Below, piece after piece: positions 1 to 9,105 of a stretch of 59,071 nucleotides of DNA. The notes below the pieces were generated by a model. The model saw only the letters and a program-made list of their open reading frames with translations. It ran no database searches and was not told the origin of the DNA. Made by a program: the position numbers and the translations under genes. The stretch comes from an uncultured Coriobacteriia bacterium (GTDB lineage: Bacteria > Actinomycetota > Coriobacteriia > Anaerosomatales > PALSA-660), in the NCBI GenBank assembly GCA_903831865.1, contig CAIKZH010000014.1, positions 1 through 59,071 on the forward strand, given 5' to 3'. How positions within the stretch are numbered: position 1 is the stretch's first letter; each line of letters begins with the position of its first letter.

Positions 1-1
1 C

Positions 2-457
2 CGCATCTCCGGCCGCGAGATCGCGGGCAAGACCGGTACCGCGCAGAACTACCAGGACGCCTGGTTCTGCGGCTACACGCCGCAGATGTCGACCGCCGTG
101 TGGATGGGCTACCTCAAGGGCGCCATCCCGATGACCGACGTCCATGGGCAGCGTGCCTTCGGCGGCACCTTCTGCGCACCGATCTGGCATGACTTCATGT
201 CCGCGGCGCTTGCTCGCATGCGCTCCGCCCGGTTCGCGCGGGCGGGCTCGCCCAGCTACACGTGGAACCAGAGCTGGTCGCCGCCCGCGAATCAGGCGGT
301 GGCGCCGGTCAAATCCGCAAGCACCCACAAGAGCTCGAAGGTCGCGCCCAAGCGAGTCGTGAAGCCCAAGAAGCCCAAGAAGAAGAAGACGGGCACCGGC
401 TCAGGCGGCACCGGTGGCGGCACGGGAGGCGGGGGCACCACCACCTCCACGCCGTAG
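2..457 (+). CDS. Class A penicillin-binding protein, C-terminal end (5' part lies outside the window)
   Basis: The frame is open from the window edge. Translation RISGREIAGKTGTAQNYQDAWFCGYTPQMSTAVWMGY carries the KTG(T) transpeptidase box. The protein ends in a Lys/Pro/Gly-rich tail. Confidence 0.75.
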   Translation, partial: RISGREIAGKTGTAQNYQDAWFCGYTPQMSTAVWMGYLKGAIPMTDVHGQRAFGGTFCAPIWHDFMSAALARMRSARFARAGSPSYTWNQSWSPPANQAVAPVKSASTHKSSKVAPKRVVKPKKPKKKKTGTGSGGTGGGTGGGGTTTSTP

Positions 458-556
458 CGAGCCCCCGGCGCGCACGGGTCTCGCCGAGCACAGGCCCGCG
501 CGCTCGAGGCCTGGACTCCGGTCAGCGAGCGCGCGCTCTTGCCCGTGTGCTGCTGC

Positions 557-817
557 CTACTGCGGCGGTTGGACGTTCGAGGCGGGCGGCGCGACGGCCG
601 CCGGCGACTCCGATCTCACCGCAAGGGTCCCCACGCGACCGTGCGTGGTGATCCCCGCCTTGTCGAGCGCACGCAGCACGCCATTGGTGACCGCGTGCCG
701 CATGACCGTGTACCAGATCCATAGTCCGATGGCGAGTATCACGAGGTAGACGACGAATGCGACGACCCCCAGTACGATGCCGCCCCCAAAGCCACCGGCC
801 CCGATCGGCAGGCGCAT
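557..817 (-). CDS. Small membrane protein, hypothetical
   Basis: Internal ATG of track ORF 557..913, preceded by AAGGAGGGGG. One clear hydrophobic helix (IVLGVVAFVVYLVILAIGLWIWY). Confidence 0.45.
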   Translation of the reverse strand: MRLPIGAGGFGGGIVLGVVAFVVYLVILAIGLWIWYTVMRHAVTNGVLRALDKAGITTHGRVGTLAVRSESPAAVAPPASNVQPPQ

Positions 818-944
818 GACGACCCCCTCCTTCGCGTGAGTCCCTACGGCCAGGATGCGCCCCGACTCTCGACGGGCGCTCCTTGGTCGATTCCCGGAAC
901 CGGGCCCGCGCAAGCCGCATGCGCGACGCCGCCCACCGCACCTG

Positions 945-1352
945 CTACTTCAGCTGGTGTGTGTCATACGACCACGTGCCGGCACTCTGGTCGCCGTCGA
1001 CGAGGCCAGCGAGGGTCATGTGGTAGAGGTTGGCGCCAGGAGCGCCGGTGGGGCACTTCGGGATGGACCTGACGAAGGTCGGGATGAGGAACGAGCCCCA
1101 GCCGTTGGCCGTCGTGGTGTCCACATTCGACGCCACGATCCCCGCGGTGGTCGTGCCGCTGCAGAGACCCGCCTGCACCGCTCCGTTGAGCGTGCGCTGG
1201 TTGGCCTGGCAGGTCTTCGCCTGGGCGTTCGCGCTGGAGTCGACGAACACCGGGATGGCGATCGACACGAGGACGCCGATGATCAGGACGACCACCATCA
1301 GCTCGACGAGCGTGAATCCTTCGTCGCCACGGGAGACGCGCACGACTCTCAC
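945..1352 (-). CDS. Type IV pilin / pseudopilin-like protein with prepilin N-terminal methylation motif
   Basis: GFTLVELMVVVLIIGVLVSIAIP directly follows a short basic leader, which is the classical prepilin cleavage/methylation signature. Confidence 0.8.
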   Translation of the reverse strand: MRVVRVSRGDEGFTLVELMVVVLIIGVLVSIAIPVFVDSSANAQAKTCQANQRTLNGAVQAGLCSGTTTAGIVASNVDTTTANGWGSFLIPTFVRSIPKCPTGAPGANLYHMTLAGLVDGDQSAGTWSYDTHQLK

Positions 1353-1509
1353 TCCTCATTCGGACCTGCGAGATCCCCTTCCCCACAGGCGTTGAGCCAT
1401 CAAGCGTCCTGTCGGCAGGCGTTTGGGCGCACTTGAGCAAACTCAACACGAACTCAACATTGCATCCTGTCTCGCGGAGCGCTCCTGCTCCGACCCGAGT
1501 GGCTCGCGG

Positions 1510-1959
1510 CTAGTAGTCCTTCACGTTGCCGCTGAACACGTCGTTGGGGTACTTCGGGTCTCGCACCTGCGCCGCGCCGTCGGTTCCTACGCGTCCGAGC
1601 ATGTAGACCGTCCCGTCGGACTGCGTGTACCGCACGATGTTGCTACCGGTCCAGTCCAACCCCGCGGGGAGCACGGTACCCGTGGCGCTCGTGGTCACGA
1701 CGGTGTTGTCGTCAGGTTGGGTGTAGCGCGTGTACGGGATGTAGTAGCCGCCCTTGACGTACGAGCCCTCCCACCCGTCGGCCGAGAACCTCCAGATCCC
1801 GTCGAACGTGGGGGAGTACCACTCGCCCTGGATCGATCTGTGTACCGCGGGTCGTGCCGCTGGCCGTGCCGACACCGTCGTGGTCCCGCAGCCAGCGAGG
1901 ACCGCGGCCGACAAGGCGACCGCCACGAGAAGCGCCCATGTCCCTGACTTCGCGCTCAT
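1510..1959 (-). CDS. Lipoprotein, hypothetical
   Basis: Signal peptide ending in the lipobox LAGC (ALLVAVALSAAVLAGCG). G/C-rich third codon positions. Confidence 0.6.
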   Translation of the reverse strand: MSAKSGTWALLVAVALSAAVLAGCGTTTVSARPAARPAVHRSIQGEWYSPTFDGIWRFSADGWEGSYVKGGYYIPYTRYTQPDDNTVVTTSATGTVLPAGLDWTGSNIVRYTQSDGTVYMLGRVGTDGAAQVRDPKYPNDVFSGNVKDY

Positions 1960-2223
1960 AATGCCCCTCCTTCAGGAAGTTCGGTTCGATCGCCCGGTCG
2001 CGTGTGGAACACACGCTTCGATGCTATTTCCGCACTGAGAGCGAGTCGAAACGGCCGCGCCTGACTCGCGCCCGTCGAGTGGGCGCTGGTTCGGAACGGC
2101 GCGAGGCGAGTCCGCGCGGGGCTGCCGCCCGACGTGGAAGGCCCGGGCCGGCAGCGGTAGGATGACAGCCGTCCTTCACTGCCCGCCTGCCGTCATCGCG
2201 TCGGCGAAGATCGGGGGCCTGCG

Positions 2224-3525
2224 ATGGGATCCGGATCACGGAGCGTTCTCCTTCAGGCCGCCGTGCGCGCCAGGCGACGAGCTCTTCATCGGCTCATCGC
2301 CGTCATGTCGCTCGCACTGATCGCCTCGGTCATCCTGCTCCTGCCGGGTGTGGCCGCCGCCATGGACACCACGACTCAGGTGGGTGTGATCGACTCTGAC
2401 ATCGCTGTGGGCGCGGTGAACTACCTGGGCCACTCCATCTCCGGAGGCACCGCCCAACCGATATACGCCGCTCGCATCCTGTCCGCAGATTTCGCGAACG
2501 TCACGTACGTGGGGGACGCCCAGCTTCAGGACCCCGCCGCCTTGGCGCACTACGACGTGCTGGTGGCTCCGCGCGTTCTGGCCCTGACTTCCCCCGAGCG
2601 CATCGCGCTGCGCCAGTACGTGGCGGCGGGCGGAGGTCTCGTCGAGATGTTCGGCATGGGCAGATGGGACTACAGCGCCAGTCGGACCCCGTATCCCTAC
2701 ATGCGGCTGATCGACACATGGAAGTTCCCGAGGCCCGCCTCCTACTCGCTCGCATGGGAGTGGGGAGAGGTATCCGAGGTCTACCAGGTCAGCTTCGTGA
2801 ACGATCCGCTGACCTACGGCGGCTACTCGATCGTCCCGACGGCCGGAGTGACGCATCCGATCCTGCAACAGACGGAGGCGGACATCGGCGGCCCGGTGCG
2901 GCTCGACGTGTCCAGAGACGACTACAACGAACTCGTCAGCCTGATGCCTCGCAATCACACGGTGACCCCGTTGCTCTACTACTCCGGAGCGCTCACGAAT
3001 GTGAAGGCGACGCCGGCCGACGGCACTGTGGCCGGCTGGGCCACCCAGTACTATGCCGGTCGCAGCGTCTGCTACGGCTTTCAGCTGCTGGAGCTCGCGC
3101 GGGCCGGCAACCTCACGGCGAAACGTCTGATCGTCGACTCCACGGCCTGGGCTGCCGGGGCCACGGGGACAGCAGCCCCGGTGGGGAAGAGCGTCGCTCT
3201 CAGCGGCGGGACGTCATACACGAGCGGACGGTTCTCCGCGAAGAACCACGTCGCCAACACTGGTCCGCTGCAGCTCTGGGGAACGCTGAGGGTCGACTAC
3301 TACGACGGCACGGGTCGTCGCTATCGCGGCGGCTCCGTCGTGCTGGGACTGCCGACCACAGGGGTCTACACGTTGAGCGGCGCCGCGATGGTCCTTCCGG
3401 CCGGCCGATGCAGGGCGAAGCTGACGTACACCTATTGGGACTACGACAAGGGCGGCCTCACAACCGCCGTGCGCTGGTTCACGCGGACCATCGTCCCGGT
3501 CAAGGTCAAGCTGCCTCTGATCTAG
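2224..3525 (+). CDS. Secreted/membrane-anchored hypothetical protein (possibly ThuA/GATase1-like fold)
   Basis: 433-aa ORF with an N-terminal TM/signal segment (LIAVMSLALIASVILLLPGVAAA). The YDVLV...YVAAGGGLV pattern weakly resembles ThuA-like domains. No confident family call. Confidence 0.5.
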   Translation: MGSGSRSVLLQAAVRARRRALHRLIAVMSLALIASVILLLPGVAAAMDTTTQVGVIDSDIAVGAVNYLGHSISGGTAQPIYAARILSADFANVTYVGDAQLQDPAALAHYDVLVAPRVLALTSPERIALRQYVAAGGGLVEMFGMGRWDYSASRTPYPYMRLIDTWKFPRPASYSLAWEWGEVSEVYQVSFVNDPLTYGGYSIVPTAGVTHPILQQTEADIGGPVRLDVSRDDYNELVSLMPRNHTVTPLLYYSGALTNVKATPADGTVAGWATQYYAGRSVCYGFQLLELARAGNLTAKRLIVDSTAWAAGATGTAAPVGKSVALSGGTSYTSGRFSAKNHVANTGPLQLWGTLRVDYYDGTGRRYRGGSVVLGLPTTGVYTLSGAAMVLPAGRCRAKLTYTYWDYDKGGLTTAVRWFTRTIVPVKVKLPLI

Positions 3526-3618
3526 AGGGGGAGACATCTGTTCGGGCGTCCGGCGATGCGCTCGCTTCGCGTGTCTCCCGCACTCGCGTCTCGGTAGATA
3601 GGCGGGTATACACCCCCC

Positions 3619-4059
3619 ATGACCTCTTCCGCCGAAAGCCCGCGCTCCACTCGCCGCGCCCTGCGCCTCCTCCTGGTCATCGCGGTTGTGGCCGGTGTGG
3701 CGGCGGGAGCTGCTCACCTGTTCGCGCTGTGGGAGTTCGACCGCGCGACCAGGCCGGGACCGGTCACTTCGCGGCTCGCCGCGGCTCGCGTCGCACTGGC
3801 CATCGAGCCGTGGAACCGGGGATTCGCGGTCAGGGTCGTGACGCTGCGAGCGCTGCAGCTCTTCCAGGATGCCGAGGTAGACCCCGCGTACTTCCTGCTG
3901 CTCCCATCCACGCAGGTCGTGAGCGGGGATCCGTTCCTCAAGCAGGTCTATCAGCAGGTCCTGGCGGTGAAGCGGGTCACCGACTCGCGCAAGGCCCACG
4001 TGCAACACGGTCACGAGACCTCGACGGGAGCACTACCGTTGGGCGGGTACCAGCCCTAG
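3619..4059 (+). CDS. Membrane-anchored hypothetical protein
   Basis: 146-aa ORF with an N-terminal TM helix (LRLLLVIAVVAGVAAGAAHLF). No recognisable motif. Confidence 0.45.
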   Translation: MTSSAESPRSTRRALRLLLVIAVVAGVAAGAAHLFALWEFDRATRPGPVTSRLAAARVALAIEPWNRGFAVRVVTLRALQLFQDAEVDPAYFLLLPSTQVVSGDPFLKQVYQQVLAVKRVTDSRKAHVQHGHETSTGALPLGGYQP

Positions 4060-4112
4060 CCGGATCGCGCGCGGTCGCTACTGCACTCGCGGATGGTGAG
4101 GAGGACAAGGAC

Positions 4113-5225
4113 GTGGTCCGAGCGGCGCATCTTCAACGCGTACTGGCGCTGTCGTCGACTGCCCTGCTCATCGCTCTCGGGTGGATGGCGTGTTCCAGGC
4201 CGGCCTTGGCGGTCGGCGCCGCTCCCGTTGGGGCCGCGTGGGCCCAGCAGGGCTCGCCGTTCCGGGTGGACGACCTCTTCTCGGTCGCCGCCGCCGGCCC
4301 TGCTCGCGCCTGGGCGGTGGGCCACCGCGGCACGATCCTGTCCACGGACGACGGCGGCGCGAGTTGGACTGTCCGGGTCTCGGGCACGTCGAGGAATCTG
4401 CGCTCGATCGCTTTCACGGATCCCGAACGTGGATATGCCGTGGGCGACGGCGGGACCATCCTGCGGACGGCGGACGGGGGCGCACACTGGAATGCTGCGG
4501 TCTCGGGCACCGGCAAGTCGCTGAAATCCGTCACCTTCGTCGGTGCCGCGGACGCGTGGACGGTCGGCGACGCCGGCACCGTGCTGCGGAGCATCGACGG
4601 GGGGACCACGTGGGCGAAGCAGGTGTCAGGCACCGCACAGGCGCTGCACTCCGTGGCCTTCGCCGATGCCGCACACGGCTGGGCGGTGGGCGACTTCGGG
4701 ACCGTCCTTCACACCGTGGACGGCGGCGCGCACTGGATTCCCCAGATCGCCGGCGCGGACTACAGCCTCTTCTCCATCTCGTGCGCGGACGCGACTCACG
4801 CATGGGCGGTCGGCGAGGCGGGCGAGGTGCTCGCGACCGCAGATGGCGGTGCGCACTGGACCACCGAGGTCTCGGGCACGCAGCGGGACCTGTACGCCGT
4901 GGCGTTCGCCGATCGGTCGCACGGTCTGGCGTCGGGTGCGCAGGGCACGGCTATGTCGACCGCAGATGGGGGCCGGCGTTGGAACCGCCTGCCGACCGTG
5001 GACGACAGCTGGCTGTTCGCGATCGCTCTCACGGGCCCCTCGAGGGGCTGGGTGGTGGGAGACGCCGGGACGATCGTCTCCTATGGCGCTGCAGGGCCGT
5101 GGAGCGCGGACGGTGCGTCCACCCGCCTCTTGCTGATCGGGATCGCGCTCGTCGTGCTGGTCGCGGCAGTGCTCCTTGTTGTCATGAGACGCTGGCGGGG
5201 ACGGGCGAGCGGGCCCGCGGCTTGA
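4113..5225 (+). CDS. BNR/Asp-box beta-propeller protein (Ycf48/HCF136-like) with signal peptide and C-terminal TM anchor
   Basis: GTG 4113 lies after GGAGGA (4100-4105). It contains a run of repeats of the form T(I/V)L.T.DGG..W...VSGT...L..(V/I)AF. The C-terminal helix is LLLIGIALVVLVAAVLLVVM. The upstream part of track ORF 2664..5225 overlaps other genes and is not coding. Confidence 0.75.
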   Translation: MVRAAHLQRVLALSSTALLIALGWMACSRPALAVGAAPVGAAWAQQGSPFRVDDLFSVAAAGPARAWAVGHRGTILSTDDGGASWTVRVSGTSRNLRSIAFTDPERGYAVGDGGTILRTADGGAHWNAAVSGTGKSLKSVTFVGAADAWTVGDAGTVLRSIDGGTTWAKQVSGTAQALHSVAFADAAHGWAVGDFGTVLHTVDGGAHWIPQIAGADYSLFSISCADATHAWAVGEAGEVLATADGGAHWTTEVSGTQRDLYAVAFADRSHGLASGAQGTAMSTADGGRRWNRLPTVDDSWLFAIALTGPSRGWVVGDAGTIVSYGAAGPWSADGASTRLLLIGIALVVLVAAVLLVVMRRWRGRASGPAA

Positions 5226-5326
5226 GCGGCCGCCTGTCGGTCGCGCGCCGGCATGCCGCACCCGAGAGGCGTGTTGCCTTAGAATCGCTCAGGACGGGCC
5301 GATGCCCGGGGACGAAAGGAGAAGCT

Positions 5327-6301
5327 GTGCGAGTGGCTCTGAGACGGGCGGGGGACCGCCTTGTGCTGTCCGCCGGTCTGCTCGCTCAGGCAGCCGCGCG
5401 CCTCCTTGGTCCCAAGGTCCTCATGCCTTGGGGCGACTACCACGGCTACCGGCGCGGCGGTGCGGCCCCGTACCGGTGGACCGCGCGGTTCGTGCCGGCC
5501 CGGGTGCGGTCTTCGAGACCGACCACTGCTGGCCACGCGGTGGGAGGGTCGCCGGTGACGAGCATAGTCCTCGTCACCTACAACCGGCTGAGCATGCTCC
5601 GGCGCTGCGTCGCGTCAGTGCTCGCCAACTCCGGCGACGTGGACTTCGAACTCATCGTCTGGGACAACGCGTCCACGGACGGCACCCGGGAGTACCTGGA
5701 CTTCGTTGCCGCACGCGACGGGCGCGTGCGGGTGGTCCGCAGCCCCGAGAACGTCGGCCTGAACGGCGTGGCGGCCGCGGTGCGACTCGCCCGGGGGACC
5801 TACATCGTGGAGATGGACGACGACGTGGTCGAGGTGCCGTCGGGCTGGCTCGCCGAGATGATGCGCAGCTTCGATCAGGTCCCGCAGGCGGGCTATCTCG
5901 CCGCGGACGAGGTGCACAGCCCGACAACGAGCGGTGCGAGGTCGGCCTTCGACCACTGTTGGACGATCGACTACGGAGACGGCGTGATCATCGACGTCGG
6001 CTGGACAGGCGGCTGGTGCACGATCACGTCGCGGGCCGTCATCGATCTCGTCGGCAACTTCATGGAAGCGCCCGGTCGCATCTTCTACGCGGAGGACTGG
6101 GACTTCGTCCTGCGGTGCCTGCGCAAGCGCCTCGTGGTCGGCGTCATCCCCGGCGTCAAGGTGTATCACGCGACGGGCGTCGCCGAGAACGCCGCGGCGG
6201 GCTGCCTGGACGTGTGCGTGCTGAAGTACTCGGACGGACCGGAGTACCGTCGATTCCTCGAGTCCGCCCAGAGCGCGCTGCAGGAGGGGCTCGCCGACTG
6301 A
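5327..6301 (+). CDS. Family 2 glycosyltransferase
   Basis: IVLVTYNRLSMLRRCVASVL...ELIVWDNASTDGT...EMDDDV are GT2 (GT-A) signatures. The start is uncertain: GTG 5327 after AAAGGAG, with alternatives ATG 5423 and GTG 5555. Confidence 0.8.
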   Translation: MRVALRRAGDRLVLSAGLLAQAAARLLGPKVLMPWGDYHGYRRGGAAPYRWTARFVPARVRSSRPTTAGHAVGGSPVTSIVLVTYNRLSMLRRCVASVLANSGDVDFELIVWDNASTDGTREYLDFVAARDGRVRVVRSPENVGLNGVAAAVRLARGTYIVEMDDDVVEVPSGWLAEMMRSFDQVPQAGYLAADEVHSPTTSGARSAFDHCWTIDYGDGVIIDVGWTGGWCTITSRAVIDLVGNFMEAPGRIFYAEDWDFVLRCLRKRLVVGVIPGVKVYHATGVAENAAAGCLDVCVLKYSDGPEYRRFLESAQSALQEGLAD

Positions 6302-6322
6302 GGTCCGCCCCTCCTCCCTGTC

Positions 6323-7576
6323 CTAGGGCTGAGGGGGTGCGGCCTCCGGCGACCGCTGCGGTGCCGGCGCGAGCTCGGGCACAGGTGTCGCGGGCGCGGG
6401 CGGGGCGGACGTCCTCTGAGCCCGCATCCCTGCCCACGACGTGATGACGAGTCCGCCAAGGCCGAACAGTGTCGCCACGAACCCGGCAAGCCACCCGACG
6501 AGCGGCACGAGTCCGACGATCCAGATCGCCGCCAGTCCGAAGATCATCAGCCAGATCGGGTGGGCGGGCCTCCGTGCCCTGCCTATGGTCACCGTCCCGA
6601 ACGCGAGCGCCCCGACTATCGACGCGACGATGAGCGCGACGCCGTAGAGCATGAGCAGGATGAAGGCGATCCACCACCCGCCGACGAGCAGTCCGAGCAG
6701 GAAGATGACGAATGCGATGGCGGGCACCACCGCGACCGTGAGGCATCCGAAGCCCAGGCTCGGCCACGGCCTGATCACCACGGCGTCGACCGACTTCTTC
6801 ATGGACGCCGGAATCGCGAGGAGCAGCACGAGCCCGAAGAGCACCATCCCGACGAGCCCCTGCACCCACGCGACGACGAGCCAGAACACGCCGAGCGCAC
6901 CGGCGGAGCCGGCAGCGGCGGCCCGGCCCGAGCTGGCCTTGGGCAGCGCGTGGCCCGTGATCGTTCCGGCCACCGTGCCCGCCACCTGCGGCTTCGCGTT
7001 GCTGTAGTAGTCGAGCGCGCCTTCTATCCTCCCCGTGGGAAGCACTTTGATGCTCGAGCCCTGCACGCGCGCGTTGCCGCCGACGGTCCCGCCCAGCGAC
7101 ACGGTCGAGCCAGCGACGTCGAGGTTACGGCCGACGGCTCCGAGCACAGTGATGTCGCTCGCGCCGATCGCCAGGTCCCTGCCGACGGCGCCCTGGCTCA
7201 GGAGGCTCACGGACGAGCCGGCCAGAAGCGCGTCTCCCTCCGTCTTCCCGCTCACCTGGACGGTCTGGCCGGCCGCGCGCACCGACCCGGCGATCGGACC
7301 GGACACGATCACCGTCTGGCCGGCGGCGAACACGCCGCCGGAGACGTGCCCCGTGATGCTGACACTCTGGCCGGCCGCGATCACGTCCCCGTTGACCGTG
7401 CCCTCGATAGAGACGTTGGACCCGAACGCGTAGAGGTCGTCGTTGATGGTCTCGTCGGGGCGGACCGTGACTGTCTGACCCTGCCGCAGCACCATCGCGT
7501 GCGCCGCGACCGGCGTTGCGAAGATCGCCGCGCATGCTGCGACGGCCACGACGAGCAACAACTTCCGTGTACGCAT
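6323..7576 (-). CDS. Bactofilin-like beta-helix repeat protein with signal peptide and polytopic C-terminal membrane domain
   Basis: It starts MRTRKLLLVVAVAACAAIFATPVAAHA. Repeats follow of the type G.V.GDV.AAGQSV.I.G.V.G (polymer-forming cytoskeletal/bactofilin-like). About 5 TM helices and a Pro-rich tail complete the protein. Confidence 0.65.
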   Translation of the reverse strand: MRTRKLLLVVAVAACAAIFATPVAAHAMVLRQGQTVTVRPDETINDDLYAFGSNVSIEGTVNGDVIAAGQSVSITGHVSGGVFAAGQTVIVSGPIAGSVRAAGQTVQVSGKTEGDALLAGSSVSLLSQGAVGRDLAIGASDITVLGAVGRNLDVAGSTVSLGGTVGGNARVQGSSIKVLPTGRIEGALDYYSNAKPQVAGTVAGTITGHALPKASSGRAAAAGSAGALGVFWLVVAWVQGLVGMVLFGLVLLLAIPASMKKSVDAVVIRPWPSLGFGCLTVAVVPAIAFVIFLLGLLVGGWWIAFILLMLYGVALIVASIVGALAFGTVTIGRARRPAHPIWLMIFGLAAIWIVGLVPLVGWLAGFVATLFGLGGLVITSWAGMRAQRTSAPPAPATPVPELAPAPQRSPEAAPPQP

Positions 7577-7738
7577 GATGTCCCCCTGAGACCCGGTTCT
7601 CGATGCGCCAGCCGGCGTACGATGGCTTCGGCGGGCGGCCGTACCAGTTCCTACCCCCCGGCAGGTCCCGGGTACTACGACAGACACCGCCGCGACGGTG
7701 GTTATCGCGGCGGTGTCATCGGAACAGTCCAGTGCGAG

Positions 7739-8422
7739 CTACACGGCGTCGGGGCGCACACCGAAGGTCGCGCGCAGCTGCTTCTCGCCGCCGAGTTCGG
7801 AGAGGATGAGGACCTCGTCACCCGCGGACAGGACGGTCTCGCCGCGCGGGACGGTGATCTCGCCCTTCGAGATGATCGCCATGATGTGCGCAGTCTTGGG
7901 CAAGTCGAGGGCGGCGATCGTGCGACCCACCGCCTTCGCGTCGACCGGCAGCGTGAGCTCGTCGATGACCATGTTCTCGGCCGACAGCCTCATGAGTGTG
8001 ATGACGTCCCCGAGGCTGACCTCGTTATCGATGAGGCTGTAGATGATGTTCGCGGTGGATACGGCGACGTCGACGCCCCAATCCTTGGTGAACAGCCACT
8101 CGTTCTTGGGGTGGTTCGTGCGCGCGAACACCATGGGCACCGAATGCGTGGTCTTCGCCAGGAAGCTCACGACCAGGTTGTCCTCGTCGTCGCCGGTCAG
8201 GGCCGCCACGAGGTCGGTCTGACCCGCGGCCGCCCGGTCGAGCACGCTCGGCTCGCATCCGTCGCCGCGCACGACACGGACGTCGGGCATCTTGGCCGCG
8301 ACGTACTCGGCGCGGTCCAGCCGCACCTCCACCATGGTCACCTTGTGGTCGGCGCGCAGCTTCTCAGCGAGGTAGACGCCTGATTTGCCTGCTCCGACGA
8401 TCAGTACGTTCATCGTCGCCAC
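7739..8422 (-). CDS. trkA: Trk/Ktr potassium uptake NAD-binding subunit
   Basis: NVLIVGAGKSGVYLAEKL Rossmann motif, TrkA-N plus TrkA-C layout. Abuts the paralog upstream. Confidence 0.85.
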   Translation of the reverse strand: MATMNVLIVGAGKSGVYLAEKLRADHKVTMVEVRLDRAEYVAAKMPDVRVVRGDGCEPSVLDRAAAGQTDLVAALTGDDEDNLVVSFLAKTTHSVPMVFARTNHPKNEWLFTKDWGVDVAVSTANIIYSLIDNEVSLGDVITLMRLSAENMVIDELTLPVDAKAVGRTIAALDLPKTAHIMAIISKGEITVPRGETVLSAGDEVLILSELGGEKQLRATFGVRPDAV

Positions 8423-9088
8423 CTATTCCTTGAACCCGAGCAGGCGCTCGAGCTTCTCGGCGCTCTCGCGCAGCACGTTGATGTAGAGGGTGTCGTCTTT
8501 CTCGAACGTCGTGCCCGGCTCCGGGAGGATCCCCTTGCCGTGGCGCAGGATCGTGCCCACCGCGATCTCTCCCGGGACCGCCAGGTCTGCGATCCGGTGA
8601 CCGATGAGACCGGCGGGCAGGGGCACCTCCATCATCTCGACGTCCGCATCGCCGTACTGGTACTCGCTGTGCAGATCCGCGTGCGTGACCATGTCGAGCA
8701 GCCGGGTGCTCGTCCAGGTGACCGACGCGATGGTCGAGATACCCAGGCCGCGATAGATCTCGGCGCGACGAGGGTCGTAGATGCGGGCGATGACCTGAGG
8801 GACGCGGTAGTGCTCCTTGGCGGTGCGCGCCGCCACGATGTTGCTGTTGTCGCCCGAGGTGACCGCGGCGAAGCAGTCGGCGTCGCGGATGCCCGCGTCC
8901 TCGAGCACGTCACGGTCGAAGACCGTGCCGATGAACTTCTGGCCCATGATCTCCTCGGACGGGTCGCAATCGAACACGAGCGGGTCCTGGTCGATCACGG
9001 ACACGGTGTGCCCTTCGAACTCCAGCATCCGGGCGAGATAGCGGCCTACACGGCCGTATCCGCCGATGACCACGTGCAACCGGTGCAT
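8423..9088 (-). CDS. trkA: Trk/Ktr potassium uptake NAD-binding subunit (second paralog)
   Basis: VVIGGYGRVGRYLARML Rossmann motif, TrkA-N/TrkA-C layout. Its stop is immediately adjacent to the start of the next gene. Confidence 0.85.
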   Translation of the reverse strand: MHRLHVVIGGYGRVGRYLARMLEFEGHTVSVIDQDPLVFDCDPSEEIMGQKFIGTVFDRDVLEDAGIRDADCFAAVTSGDNSNIVAARTAKEHYRVPQVIARIYDPRRAEIYRGLGISTIASVTWTSTRLLDMVTHADLHSEYQYGDADVEMMEVPLPAGLIGHRIADLAVPGEIAVGTILRHGKGILPEPGTTFEKDDTLYINVLRESAEKLERLLGFKE

Positions 9089-9105
9089 CGCGCGTCACCT
9101 CGCTT

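Noticed and set aside
2664-4112. Long upstream extension of track ORF 2664..5225 (and likewise 4181..5326 of ORF 4181..6301)
   Set aside because: The extensions overlap better-supported genes in other frames and translate to Arg/Gly/Pro-rich noise. Recognisable protein sequence with an SD begins only at 4113 and about 5327, respectively.
6560-8383. 607-aa plus-strand ORF spanning the bactofilin-like and trkA genes
   Set aside because: It crosses two independent minus-strand genes that have clear motifs. The sequence is low-complexity and Arg/Asp/Glu-rich. This is a GC-rich shadow ORF.
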